64,000 nt of DNA from Octopus sinensis (taxonomy: Eukaryota), in contig NC_043006.1 of NCBI RefSeq assembly GCF_006345805.1, positions 12,834,001-12,898,000 on the forward strand. The letters run 5' to 3'. This document shows positions 36,294 through 50,033 of the stretch, one piece after another. The notes beneath the pieces were generated by a model. It had not been told where the DNA came from. It saw only the letters and a program-made list of their open reading frames with translations, and did no database searches. The first letter of the stretch is position 1. Each line of letters begins with the position of its first letter. The position numbers and the translations under genes are program-made.

Positions 36294-36659
36294 TCCATTT
36301 TCCGAAAACGTTATTTGCTTCAATATATGCAAATAATTTATTATGCTCTTCCATAAGTCGTTTAAGACAAGATTTGGAATAAATATAGGTAACGACGTGA
36401 CCTGCTGTTTAATAATAATTGTTAATATCCCTGGCACGCTTTTTAAAAAATAGTTATAACATTTATATTTGATACAAAATTATCCTTTCATTCCACAAAA
36501 CCATCATCTACAAGTGTCGTTATCCGGTTGGTTCTCGATCGCTCCCAAGACAAAGTCCGTTCAATGATCAGCAAAATTTTATATCTTAGTATTTCATTCT
36601 CACACATTTAATTCTTTTAGTGTTCATATAAGCAATTATGTAGTTAGTACAATAGAATT

Positions 36660-36825
36660 GGATTCCTGTTGTTCAACGACAAAGATACAGACTTTCGATC
36701 AGCTGGATCACTTGCTTCTGAATTAACGTGTAAATGGCTGAGTATTCCATAAACAGGAGCACCCTCAATATAATTTCCAGACAGAATCACCTGACAAGAC
36801 TGTGCTGTTTGAATTACAGGTATAA
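36660..36825 (-). mobile_element. old SINE A1-related 3' fragment
   Basis: GAATTAACGTGTAAATGGCTGAGTATTCCA...TGACAAGAC...TTTGAATTACAGGTA resembles the A1 tail. Confidence 0.6.
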
Positions 36826-36828
36826 TCC

Positions 36829-37056
36829 TATTTCTTTACTACCCACAAGGGGCTAAACACAGAGAGGACAAACAAGGACAGACAAACGGATTAAGTGGAT
36901 TATATCGACCCCAGTGCGTAACTGGTACTTATTTAATCGACCGCGAAAGGATGAAAGGCAAAGTCGAACTCGGCGGAATTTGAACTCAGAACGTAACGGC
37001 AGACGAAATACCGCTAAATATTTCGCCGGGCGTGCTAACGATTCTGCCAGATTGCC
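36829..37056 (-). mobile_element. SINE group C, full length
   Basis: Consensus copy; its head and flank are copied at 42470-42613. Confidence 0.92.
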
Positions 37057-38370
37057 GTGCTAACTATTCAGCCAGGTTCAATCCACAAAACTGTATTCTG
37101 TATTGCTTGTGTCTACTCAAGCTCATTATAAATGACTGGCACCCATTTGCTCAAGAAGACACCGCATCTGGTTGAACCCGTCATCGCGTGGTTGAAAAGC
37201 AGACTACTTTACCATTCGGCCATACTGCGCTCGTGGAGGTCTCAGAAAGTGAGTAATTACTGAAAAAGAATTATTCTAAATATAAAAAAAAAAATCAATA
37301 CACATAACGTGCTACTGATGGAAAGTTTGGGTGGACGATTGACCTGCTAGAAATAGAAACTAAATCTACATCAAATAAAAGCACATTATCTTTGAAAGAA
37401 AAGAAAGGAAATATTAACCAATACAGTTAGATCTTCCTAAACGAATATGACAGTCACATTAGTGATTGTAATAGATACTATCCATCATAAGTATCTTCAG
37501 CCAGGACTGCGTTGGGACTAAAGAGAATCGGATATATACACATAATGCTCTAGTTAGAAAAAAGTACAATGCATATGGTAGAATACCGACACGAAATTCA
37601 CTTTTCTTCCTATGAATTTGTCCTAGAAAGTTCTTTTGTTTCGTATGAAATCAGTAAACAATGTTTTCAATTATTACACTTAATAAAATTTAAAGCAGAT
37701 TTAATCTGAATACGAGGTTAATGAGTACTAAAATATTTTCCCGTCCGTAACCTTGTTAACCTAAAGAAATATTCCATAGCATCGATTCTGTATGATATAA
37801 TACTTAAATAGAACACACATTAATTTAATTAATAAGCATTAGTCAAAAAAGCAAAACTACAAAATTAAATACTTGCTTAATTCTATATTTTAAAGTACAC
37901 TGAGAATCGATACAGAGAATTAATTTCAAAATATATTTTCTTTTACTGTTCCCTTCGCTTTCGTCATCTTTAATTATATTTTCTTTTCTGTTTATTTTTT
38001 TTCTTTCTTGTCGCTTCAATTAATTTACTACCATTCTTCCTCTGCTTGCTTTACTTTCTATAACACATCAGTTCCAATGAGTTTTGAAGCTGAACATAGT
38101 ACGAGAAATTTTTTTCCATTCGTAGGAATTATAAAGATTTATATAAAGCATGAAATATTTTTTATGTATATCAACTAAATCACAAAAGAAACGTCCCGTA
38201 CATACACACACTAAATAGAACCGGTTTATCAACAGACTGCCTATCATTGATTGAAAAGTGATAATTAAGAAATCGTTCTTTCCTAATAATAAAACGTCAT
38301 TTCCTGAGACATGCTTGACGTCACATGGTGTCAAGTGATGATGTGGTGTCCTGGATCCAAAGAGGGGAAC

Positions 38371-39594
38371 TCAATATCTTGTGTGACCACCATTATCGTT
38401 GATTACCGCCAGGCATCTTCTGTACAAAACGATTGATGAAGATCATGGAGATAGCAGCCCAGACTCTGTTAAAACTTGCAATGAGTTGTGCCTCAGTTGT
38501 CGGACTTGGACAGATGTCATTTAACCTTCTTTAGATTTCGTCCCACAGGTAATCTATGGGGTTCAAGTCCAGTCTTATGGCAGGCCACGGCAAAGTCTGG
38601 ATGTTAATGCTGTTGGAGGAAGTCTGTTGTCAACATGGCAAGATGAGCACGAGCTTGACGTGTTGGAAAACGGGATTCCAACGATAGGAAAATTATGATA
38701 AAATAAGAGTCCTCAACACTTGGTCGATGTACCGAGGAGCCGTTACTCCATTTTCTCCGGAATCGGCCGATGTTTTGGAATACCTATTTCTTTACTACCC
38801 ACAAGGGGCTAAACATAGAAGGGACAAACAATGACAGACATAGGTATTAAGTCGATTACATCGACCCCAGTGCGTAACTGGTACTTAATTTATCGACCCC
38901 GAAAGGATGAAAGGCAAAGTCAACCTCGGCGGAATTTGAACTCAACGTAACGACAAGCGAAATACCGTTAAGCATTTCGCCCGGCGTGCTAACGTTTCTG
39001 CCAGCTCTCTGCCTTATTTTTGGAATACCACCGGTTCAAGTTTCTGGTTGAGTGCAATCCCTTCTCGTACCATGATGCTCTGTCCGCCCCATGAGTTTCC
39101 CTCTACCACACAACCATCGGCAGGACGTTCATCCCTTTTTCTCCAAACACCAGCTCTGCCATCTGCCACAGAAATACAATATCGATTTATGTCAGAAAAG
39201 CCTAGTCCTCCACTGCTGATATCGTCAGTTCTGGGGTTTTTGAGCCCACTGCAGGAGTTCCCGTCGATGACGATCTGTAAGGATGGGGCCCCTAGCCGAA
39301 CGTCGACAAAACAGATTGAAAGATCTCAGCCGACGGCGAACTGACTCTGCAGAAATGAGTCTGTGGGTAGTCGAAATTAGTCCTGTAACTGATGTCGGGG
39401 CAGGTGACGTACATGACCCTCGTTCGACCACTGCATGAATGATCTTCCGTATTGTTTGTGGCATTGTGTCGTTCCCTCAGCCGCTCAGTTGTCCGAATAT
39501 TGCAGTTCAAGTCATTAGCAATGACCCATGAGCGTTGACCAGTATGGAGATGTCTGAGAGCTTGCTCCCTCTGATTTCGTGTCAGTCTTGGCAT
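38371..39594 (-). pseudogene. Tc1-family transposase remnant, interrupted by a SINE
   Basis: MPRLTRNQREQA..CSGRTRV, ISAESVRRRL..GPILTDRHRR, DGRAGVWRKR, ARAH..TDFLQQH..LPWPA..DLNPIDYLWDEI, AVINDNGGHTRY*. Confidence 0.9.
38785..39017 (-). mobile_element. SINE group C inserted in the Tc1
   Basis: TSD TTTTGGAATACC at 38773-38784 and 39018-39029. Confidence 0.95.
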
Positions 39595-39905
39595 GCTTGC
39601 TATGTTCGAGCAAGGAACAACAGGCAGGTAAATATGAGTGCCTATTATACCCAACGAATCAACGTTTTCCACGTGCATGATACTTTTGATACAGATGCAT
39701 TTACAAGCACTACCATGTTCACGCAAAGTGAGCGAGTTCGAACTCTAGATGCAATCCTTGTGTTTTGAAATGAGAGTGGTGTTGTGGGTCAGTGACATCC
39801 TTCTAATGTCAAATTACCTAATAATACGATAAAGTCCATATAATCTGAATATCGTATGAGAAACAAATAATCTTTTACAGTTTACAGTGCGACGTTTCTG
39901 TTGTA

Positions 39906-39974
<69 letters not shown>

Positions 39975-40002
39975 TGTGTGTGTGTATGTGTGTGTGTGTG
40001 TA

Positions 40003-40108
40003 TGCCATTCAGTTTATTTCAAGATTTCTTGCCTATAGAGAAAGAACCGGTTTCTTATCTAGATCCAAGGCTCCTTCATTGGAATTTCCACATCAACAAC
40101 AGGGTATT
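40003..40108 (+). repeat. old ~100 bp interspersed repeat, unclassified
   Basis: Homologous to 26895-26990. Confidence 0.7.
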
Positions 40109-40239
40109 TTTTGTATGTATGTATATGTGTATGTATGTATGTATGTATGCATGCATGCATGCATGTATGTATGTATGTGTGTATGTATGTATGTATGTAT
40201 GTATGTATGTATGTATGTATGTATGTATGTATGTGCAGA

Positions 40240-40712
40240 TTTGAATGTTTTATGTATTTATTCGCATACATATTGCTGCATCGTCCCTGAATTGATAGAG
40301 GGGGAAAATTCTGAAGCTGGGTTGTTTGATATTGGCACAAATGTCGATGTGTTCGCTGAGTGCTATTTTTCTGTTTTTCGGAATTTTGATCTGGGATCTG
40401 TGGAGAGCCATCCTTGGACGTAGACTGTTTTTGTTTGGTCTATGTATTGGTCACAACAGCCAGATCTGGTTAACTCATATATCAGGTTCTCCGAAGCACA
40501 TATGAAGTTGCTTTTCACTGTGAAGCATTGACCCTGTTTGAAAGAGAATTCTAATCCCTCAATTAGGTTGACGCATATACCACAGTTAGGCATTCCGCAT
40601 TTTTTTTTTACTGGCGGCTTCAGTGTTGCTGTTGAGTTTATTCGGGCTTGTGTGAGGAGACTGTACATAGATTTGGGCTGTCTTTTGCTTCTTATGCTGG
40701 TGTACGTTTGGA
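40240..40712 (-). pseudogene. Penelope-like element GIY-YIG endonuclease remnant
   Basis: IRSKRQPKSMYSLLTQA..KKCGMPNCGIC..FICASENLIYELTRSGCCDQYIDQT..DPRSKFRK, the NLIY/YIG motif with upstream Cys pairs typical of Penelope endonucleases. Confidence 0.85.
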
Positions 40713-40728
40713 GGTTTAAATTCAATAC

Positions 40729-40829
<101 letters not shown>

Positions 40830-40859
40830 ATATATTATATATATATATATATATATAGT

Positions 40860-41157
40860 GGAGGCGCAATGGCCCAGTGGTTAGGGCAGCGGCCTCGCGG
40901 TCGTAGGATCGCGGTTTCGATTCCCAGACCGGGCGTTGTGAGTGTTTATTGAGCAAAAACACCTAAAAGCTCCACGAGGCTCCGGCAGGAGGTGGTGATC
41001 CCTGCTGTACTCTTTCACCACTCTTTCTATCATTCTTTCCTCTGTTGGCCTGCTCACTTAGCCAGCGGGGTGGCGTCATTCGAAGGCTAAAACAATGCGA
41101 ACGCATTGTGACCAGCGATGAGTAACTACGTCTGATGGACTGGTCGGTCACGTGATC
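40860..41157 (+). mobile_element. SINE group A, tail type 2
   Basis: A head and CTTTC module, then TTAGCCAGCGGGGTGGCGTCATTCGAAGGC...CTGGTCGGTCACGTGATC. Confidence 0.92.
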
Positions 41158-41312
41158 ATGTGATATATATATATATATAGAGAGAGAGAAAGACAGACAG
41201 ATAGATAGATAGATAGATAGATAGATACAGTTATATAGAGAGAAAGAGCGCGAGGGGAGGGAGAAAGGGAGGGAGCAGGCCAGACAAACAGACTGACGGA
41301 GAGGGAGCGCAA

Positions 41313-41545
41313 GGCTTGGCGATTAGGGTGTTGCACTCACGATCATGTAGACCGAGTAACGTGTTCTCGATCACTTCGACACCGATGCGTGGTACACAGT
41401 GAACCTATTTAGACAACATCGATTTGATGGAGAGAGTAAGCTAATGTGAAGCTCGAGCATTTGATCACTGCAAGTAAATCATCTGTGCAGATCGCTCAGC
41501 AGAAGCTAAACACTGATACGTCGTCTACGACGGGAGGGTCCATCT
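41313..41545 (+). mobile_element. old SINE A-related copy, tail type 5
   Basis: CGATTTGATGGAGAGAG...CATTTGATCACT..AATCATC..GACGGGAG shared with 60605-60885. Confidence 0.65.
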
Positions 41546-41555
41546 TAAGTATATA

Positions 41556-42968
41556 TGAGATTATCCGGAATGTTCTTAACGTATTTTAAGCGCAACAAAT
41601 GATAAATAATTGTTAAACATACTTTCATCTTTGTTCATTAAATTTCCATCCTTTTCTCCTAGCTCACTTCACATAGCAGGCACTTTACATATTTAATCGG
41701 CATAAAACTCGTTGCTTTTCAGAAAACGAAGTCATTTAAATGGGTTTTGACACCAACAAATGATTTTTCTTTCAGAGAAATAGTCAGATATGGCACACTG
41801 CCAGGGGAGTATGGTGTATGGGACAAGATATTCCACCCACATTGATGCAACTTTGTGCGGATAGACAAAGACAAATGTGTTCAGGTATTCTCCTGGTGGA
41901 ATACAACCCCTTTCCTCTTGGAGAGCGCTGGCCTCAATTCCTTGATCTTTTGATTTAAATTTGCTAGCTGACGATAGTACATATCAGAACTGATGGTCTG
42001 ATTTTGTAAGAGAAGCTCATAGTAAATAATGTCTTTGAAATCTCACCAGACACAAGCATGACATTTTTGGAACGCATATTCATTAAAAAAATGTGTCAAT
42101 GTATTATCTTAAAGCGTCCATTTTTCATCTCCAGTTACCAGTTGTTTCGGGAAAGGCTTATTTTCATTGCATTTCAGAAGTATATCACAGATGGAATACC
42201 GCTCCATGCAGTTTCGATCTGACAGTTTGTGAGGCACGCAGACATCATAACAAGAAACGTAGACATTTTTCACTAAGTGTTCGTGAATGGTACTTTTGGA
42301 AATTTCTCCAACTTCTCCATAAGTTCTCAAGTTGTAACATCCGAGTTTTCTTCAGTGGTTACCATCAAAATATTGTCATCTAAGGCTGAGAGCCTTCCGC
42401 AGCGACTATTATCTTTCAAGCTGAACTTATCACGTCTAAATTTTGCAAAGCATCTTGGAACACTTAATTTACCGCTAAACATTTCGCCGGGCGTGCTAAC
42501 GATTCTGCCAGATCGCCGTGCTAACGATTCTGCCAGATCGCCGTGCTAACGATTCAGCCAGGTTCAATCCACAAATCTGTATGTTGTATTGCTTGTGTCT
42601 ACTCAAACTCATTGATTCAAAAATTTTACGTGCGTTTTATTTTTGTATATTATACACATACAAACATACAGCATCTTCGCCATAAACTCCATAAGTGATT
42701 TTTTACACGTTTCCACGGTAGTTTCACCTTTTTCAAAAAGAAAAAAAAACATTACATGGCAAAAATGCAACTTTTGGTTCTTCATTTCAAATGGCAATTA
42801 TGGCTGAAAGGAATAAATTATATGCTGATATTTAACGTAGAACTTAGCAGATACGCTTCAGTACTGCAAGCAATTATGAACTATGAGTCATACTAAGATT
42901 AGAATCATTGCCGGAAGAGCTTAAAGACATAAATTCTGAAATCAACCAGAACTTTCCGGATAATCTGA
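41556..42968 (-). mobile_element. full-length degraded mariner with both TIRs
   Basis: TA-TGAGATTATCCGGAATGTTCT and AGAACTTTCCGGATAATCTGA-TA (19/21 match); MKNQKLHFCHVM, VPHKLS..VTGDEKW, IIYYELL motifs; ~200 bp foreign insert at 42470-42668. Confidence 0.92.
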
Positions 42969-43030
42969 TATATATAAGTATATACCTATCTATATAATAA
43001 ATTGTTTTACTAGGTTCAGCTCAAGATCTG

Positions 43031-43413
43031 TGGAAGCACTCCGTCGGTTACGACGACGAGGGTTCCGGTTGATCCGAATCAACGAAACAGCCTGCTCGTG
43101 AAATTAACGTGTAAGTGGCTGAGCACTCCACAGACACGTGTACCCTTAACGTAGTTCTCGGGGATATTCAGCGTGACACAGAGAGTGACAAGGCCGGCCC
43201 CTTGAAATACAGGTACAACAGAAACAGGAAGTAAGAGTGAGAGAAAGTTGTGGTGAAAGAGTACAGCAGGGATCACCACCATCCCCTGCCGGAGCCTCGT
43301 GGAGCTTTAGGTGTTTTCGCTCAATAAACACTCACAACGCCCGGTCTGGGAATCGAAACCACAATCCTATGACCGCGAGTCCGCTGCCCTAACCACTGGG
43401 CCATTGCGCCTCC
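43031..43413 (-). mobile_element. SINE group A, tail type 1, full length
   Basis: Consensus copy; CTCAAGA(T/C)CT on both sides. Confidence 0.95.
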
Positions 43414-43414
43414 A

Positions 43415-43700
43415 CTCAAGACCTACAGCGATTGATGGTGAAACATCGTTCGCTTTGCAACTTTCACTACTTGAAACCCCTCCCCCACTAATATATGTCA
43501 TTCGCTGAATGAGGGAGTTTGATGATGCATGCTGCCCTCATCTCTGTTTTCTGCCGCGAGGTGGGGTTCCCTCCTACACCTCACAGGTGGAGGTCTAGTT
43601 CTGTTTTGAGGACAGCAACATCCACGACATGCAGGGATCTGAAGCCTTTTGGAAGGATACTAAACGACGCTGGGTCCTTGAAACCCAAGCTGTTCTTGTT
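43415..43700 (-). mobile_element. CR1/L2-type LINE ORF2 C-terminus and 3' UTR
   Basis: NSLGFKDPASFSILPKGFRSLHVVDVAVLKTELDLHL*..RAA..KLPH resembles SLGFxGPxLFNxLP..FK..LD. Confidence 0.7.
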
Positions 43701-43985
43701 CTGTGTGTATGCATATGTGTGTGTGTGTGTGTGTATGTGTGTGTGCATAAGTGTGCGTGATACATACATAAATGATTCCATATCTACAATTCTATACGTA
43801 CTTCAATATCTAACTTACCCCCCCCCCCCCAAAAAAAAAGGATATAAAGATAATAACTTAGAATATTTACATGGTAAATAGATCTTAATTCTCGAATCTT
43901 ATTAAGAAATGGTATTTTGTAAACACTGTCCATTTACACTTTTTATCTACCTATTCACATATATATACACACACATATATATATA

Positions 43986-44034
<49 letters not shown>

Positions 44035-44106
44035 AGTCAGAAAGAGATAAAAAAGGAGAGAGAAGAAAGAGGGAGAAGAGAGACAGTGTGCGACAGCGAC
44101 AGAAGC

Positions 44107-44137
<31 letters not shown>

Positions 44138-44231
44138 GATAGAAACAGTGATCGATATTTATGTCTATAAATCCAGATGCGAGTGTTTATACACACACAC
44201 ACACACACACATATATATGTATGTATGTATA

Positions 44232-44274
<43 letters not shown>

Positions 44275-44345
44275 GTGTATACACTTATTTTATATATGTA
44301 TGTGCGCATACACACATATTTTATATATGTATATGAGCATACACG

Positions 44346-44389
<44 letters not shown>

Positions 44390-45806
44390 CTATACATACA
44401 AACACACATATAGATTCATGCACGAATGTGTGTGTGTGCAAGCGTGTGTGTGCAAGCGTGTGTGTGCAAGCGTGTGTGTGCGCGTGTGGGTGCATTTGTG
44501 CGTGTATGTGTGTGTGTATATGCTTGAATTGTTCATGATGCATGCATAATATTTGCGTATCGTTTATCCATGTCTGTAATTTTACGTGCGTTTTATTTTC
44601 ATATATTATATACATACAAACATGCATATAGACATATAAGTGTGTGTGTGTTTGAGTATGTTCGTGTGTGTATGAGTGTATGCATGTCTTGGTATATGTA
44701 TGTGTGTAACGCATGTATCAAAAAGAGCGTGTTGTAAAATGTTCTTTAAAAAGAGAATCTAATGCTGTTCACAGAACTGAGAAAATATTGTCTGTCTGTG
44801 ACCGGTATATGGTTTTATAGGCCACAACGTCTTTGGTGCGTTCTACAATAATGTACTCAGCGTGCATTTCAATTCGCAATGTGTTGATTGTCAGATTTAA
44901 TATATTGTAATATGGTGAAAGGGCTGCTTACTCAACTAGAATGCGCAGTTCGCAGTTCATAGAGATGGAAATAGAGATTAATTATTAAGAAAACTGGAGT
45001 AATTAATTAAGGGAAAACTTTTACAATTAACGCCAAATGAAGTAGCTAAAATGAAATATTTAGAATACTACCGGAGAAATTTTACGTCGTAGAAGAACCA
45101 TGCTAATCATTTTGGAACCCGCCAAAAACTGTTATATGCTGATTTGCTTTAGTTTAGTTCTTCGGATTTTGAAATTTTGCTGCACGTTTACATCCGGGTC
45201 TATGAGATAATTTTATTGCATATAAATATTGGGTGAAAAAGCGTTTTCGATAAATAAATTCGATGGATTGCTTTCGCGTAATGGTGTAACGCCTTTCTTG
45301 TTTATAGGAGATAGGGCTTAAGTCCAACGAAAAGCCTTCGAATTGTTCCATTCAAAGATTTTGGCATTTTTTAATTGAACATTTACACGTTATTATTCAT
45401 GTGAGCTGATATTTCTAGCAAACTGAGCGACCACATGGATGCTTCAATAGCTCGTAACAGAACAATCGTACACATTGTTGTTATATGCCCGATTGAAGCT
45501 GTTTCAATTTCAACAGATTGAAAGAAAAAAACTCCAACAAAAAAAAATAATAAGATTGAAAAAAAAAAAAAAACAATGTCTAACTGTAATGATTTAGAAG
45601 CAGAAACACCTGGAATGTGCATATTGAAAATATAATCGCAATTATTGCGGGTGTATATATTCTGCTGAAACGTGTGTAAACGTATTCAGAGATATCAATA
45701 GTTCCCTGGAAACAAAACGCAAGGAAATTATCAACGTTAAACAATGTACATATAGTACAAAAAGCATAAGCATAAATAAAAAACTCAAAAACACAAATAA
45801 AGGTGT

Positions 45807-45921
<115 letters not shown>

Positions 45922-46362
45922 TGTATGTATGTATACAAATAAAGTAAAGAAGCTCGAAAGATATGTAAAATATTAAGAAGCGAAGTCGTATACTGCGCCT
46001 GAAGGCACATAGAACTGTTTTTCGAGATAAAACAAATGCAAGTAAGACTACAATAACAACAACAACAATAATAATAATAATGAGAAAGAATGCCTAACAT
46101 GAGGGATGAAGGTGACGATGATAATGATGATGACGATGACGATGATGATCATCATCATCGTCATCATCATCATCATCATCATCATCATAAAAATAAGAAA
46201 AAAAACAACAATGTTAATTTTAGTATTAATAATAATTATCATTGCTGCTGCTGTTGTTGTTGTTGTTGTTATTGTTGTTGTTGATGATGATGATGATGAT
46301 GCTTAAAGTAAAATGAAATCATCTAAGCTACAGTTGTAGCTCATACTAATAAAGTTAAGACA

Positions 46363-46705
46363 AAGCCTTATTAGTGGATTTGGTAGACGGAAACTGAAAG
46401 AAGCCCGTCGTATATATATAATATATTAATATATAATATAATATAATATATATATATATTATATATATAATATAAATATATATAACTGTGTGTGTGTATG
46501 TGTGTTTGTATTTGGCCCCCAACCATCGCTTAACAACCGATGTTTGGTGGGTGTGTTTACGTCTCCTTAACCAAGCGGTTCGGTAAAAGAGACTGATAGA
46601 ATAAGAATTAGGCTTACAAGAATAAGTCCTGGGGTGGATTTGCTCGACTAAACACGGTGCTCCGGTATGGTCGTAGTCAAATTATTAATACAAAAGAGTA
46701 ATGAG
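46363..46705 (+). mobile_element. SINE group B, old and 5'-truncated
   Basis: GTGGATTTGGTAGACGGAAACTGAAAGAAGCCCGTCG...GATTTGCTCGACTAA. Confidence 0.85.
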
Positions 46706-46710
46706 TAAAC

Positions 46711-46755
<45 letters not shown>

Positions 46756-46937
46756 CGTATAAATCTCCGAATGACCCGTCCTTGTTTTTTTTTTTCCTGT
46801 ACTTTTTTTTTGTCGTCTGACTGTCCGGGTGTTTTGTTGTTGTCTGTTACGTTCCTGTTCCGTTTTCGTTTTCTTTTTTATATATACATAGCAGCGTACG
46901 TACCTTTTGGTCTCTTATATGTATGTACAAGTATATA

Positions 46938-46998
<61 letters not shown>

Positions 46999-47043
46999 AA
47001 AAAATCAAATTGCGATAGAATAAAAAAATAATTATATCGCTGG

Positions 47044-47571
<528 letters not shown>

Positions 47572-48268
47572 TATATATATATATATATATATATATAAAT
47601 TCTGTATGATTTTCTAATTCTTTCTTTCAGCCCCTTCACACTTACTTCATTCTGGGAAGAAAGCAACCGAATGTATTTTCTTTTTGTCGCTCCCCCTCTC
47701 TCACATTTCTTGGCTTACCCTTCATTCTCCCCTTCCCTCCTCTTTAATCTCACTCTGTCCTTTTTCGTCCCGCCCTAATTCTTATATCACTTTGCTCCTA
47801 CCACTCTCTTTTCTTTCCATGTGACCATTGTTCTGTCAAGCCTTGGTTCGACTACCATCTGTACAACATCTATATTCCTTCCCCACGGCTTTCATTTTTT
47901 ATGTCCCTACCGTGATGCTTCACTTCCTCGCACACCAGCTTGATTTCATCCGTCCTTAGTCGAAAGACACCTGTTGTTAATGTCCTGTTGTTTGTATTTG
48001 TATTTGTGTACCATTTTCGGTTTTTGGTTCTGTCCTTCTTTTCGTATACATTCGATTCCTTTCTTCCAAGGAATCTAATGCTCTTAGCTTAGATTTCCTT
48101 GGGGCCGGCTAGATTGGAGCAGTCTGGAGTGCAACCGGCTGAGAAACTGCTGAGAAAATCTGGAATTCGATTGAAGATAGAAAACTCCTTCTTTTGCCTG
48201 TCCCTTTTGTATCGCCTAACTTACCGTCTTGTTCCATTTTTGGTTTTTATATATATGTATATATATAT

Positions 48269-48314
<46 letters not shown>

Positions 48315-48361
48315 GGGTGTACATAGTTAGTGTGCTTAGCTTAGTTATAGGCGCAGAAGGG

Positions 48362-48436
<75 letters not shown>

Positions 48437-49478
48437 CATGTGTGTGCGTGCGTATGTGTGTTTGTGTTTATGTGTGTGTGTATCGTTAGTTATTTTAAAG
48501 AACCACAGCAGTGTGTTTCGTTTTCCTTTATCATTCCGATTCCTTCTTTATTCTCATCTCCTTTTTTTTTTCGCTTTAGAACGAGAAATTTCCTTATGTG
48601 ATTATTTCTTTCAACGTTCTTCACACACCGTCAAAACTGAATGTATTAATGGCGCGTCTTGCGTTCGGTCAAGGGATCAGAGGAAAAACGTCATTAATGG
48701 GTTTAAAATCATTTAACATTTCGCTTCGTTCAGATTTCAAATTATTTAGCATTGTTTAGCATAAAATAAACCATTAAATGTTACTTTCATAGTTTATTTT
48801 ACGTGTCTTGTATCGGTACGTTGATTTTATTTATTTCTATTTTGGTGTTGATAAATCCTTACATAGCGAATCTTCTACATTTTTGAGGCGTTCTATATCG
48901 GACTGTGCTGCTATCAATTAAAGTTTTCTGTCTTGTTTAGTTTCGTTTATTATAATCCACTGTAAATTCACTTTGTAGTAAATGCAAGTTCAATCGACTG
49001 GAAAAATAAATGTTTCATGTAACATTTTGAGCCATGAACTTTACAAGTTTCATGTTTGCTTTGAAATTTGTATATAACACTGGTTGTCTAATATACATTC
49101 ATGGAGTGCGGGTTAGTAATTTTATGTTAAGAGGAAAGTTTTTCATAGTGGTGTTTTTCCAATATATTCTAGTTGTCAGTCTATGGATAACATGGATATA
49201 TATGTTCCATTTGAATAGGTTTAATGGTATAGTCTTCCATTCGGTATCTAGTGGGTGCGTTTAGCTTATATCGTATCCACAATACCGCATTACCGTAGGT
49301 GAATTTGTTTTCGTTACTTCATATTTGTCAACTGGCGACTATTCATGTTACGAAATGCAATTTATCTTTTTTTCTTTTTTCTTCAGCTAAATTTCCTTTA
49401 CAGATTGAATATATATCAGCTCGTCTCTAATGAGATCTAGTTAGACATTTCATTTCAAGGGTGACACTCATTTTCTTC

Positions 49479-49519
<41 letters not shown>

Positions 49520-49695
49520 AGGAAGAAAATGGAGAAATTGGCATGTAGACAACGTTTTATTTAAAGATATTCAAATCTATATAATGAAATTCCTGTCCAG
49601 CCGTTTACACCGTTCAATTACAGGAATTCCTTATATGGATTTAAATATCTTTGAATAAACAGATGTCTGCATGCCAATTTCTCCATTTTCTTCCT
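49520..49695. mobile_element. foldback element, ~76 bp arms with 23 nt spacer
   Basis: AGGAAGAAAATGGAGAAATTGGCATG...AATTCCTGT at 49520-49596 is inverted at 49620-49695, roughly 87% identity. Confidence 0.9.
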
Positions 49696-49728
49696 TTCCT
49701 CATTTATAAATATTTTAAATACCTATAT

Positions 49729-49774
<46 letters not shown>

Positions 49775-49896
49775 ATGCAAAACTAATGTATTTAGTTTGC
49801 ACTGAACACTGGTATAAACCAGAGAACTAGGATGCCAGCATCTCTTAAAGGATTATACCTCCTTCACAAACACACACACACGCATATATATATATA

Positions 49897-50033
49897 TGAG
49901 GTTGTTTGTTATGGTCGGTCAGAGAGCGACCATTGGTTTCGCGCCTATTGGCATTTCCTCAAACTCAAATGGCAGGAGGCATATAACCTCTGTAGAACGA
50001 TTACTCTTTGACCGGACATAACAAACAACCTTC
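49897..50033. mobile_element. small mariner-type MITE, ~30 bp TIRs, TA flanks
   Basis: AGGTTGTTTGTTATGGTCGGTCAGAGAG versus reverse complement AGGTTGTTTGTTATGTCCGGTCAAAGAG. Confidence 0.85.

Noticed and set aside
47590-48270. Pyrimidine-rich, repeat-like block in TA context, possibly Penelope-related
   Set aside because: No intact hammerhead core or coding motif could be read; left unclassified.
48580-48716. CINGASCV resembling an EGF motif after a pyrimidine-rich acceptor
   Set aside because: The other EGF cysteines are missing and the donor is weak.
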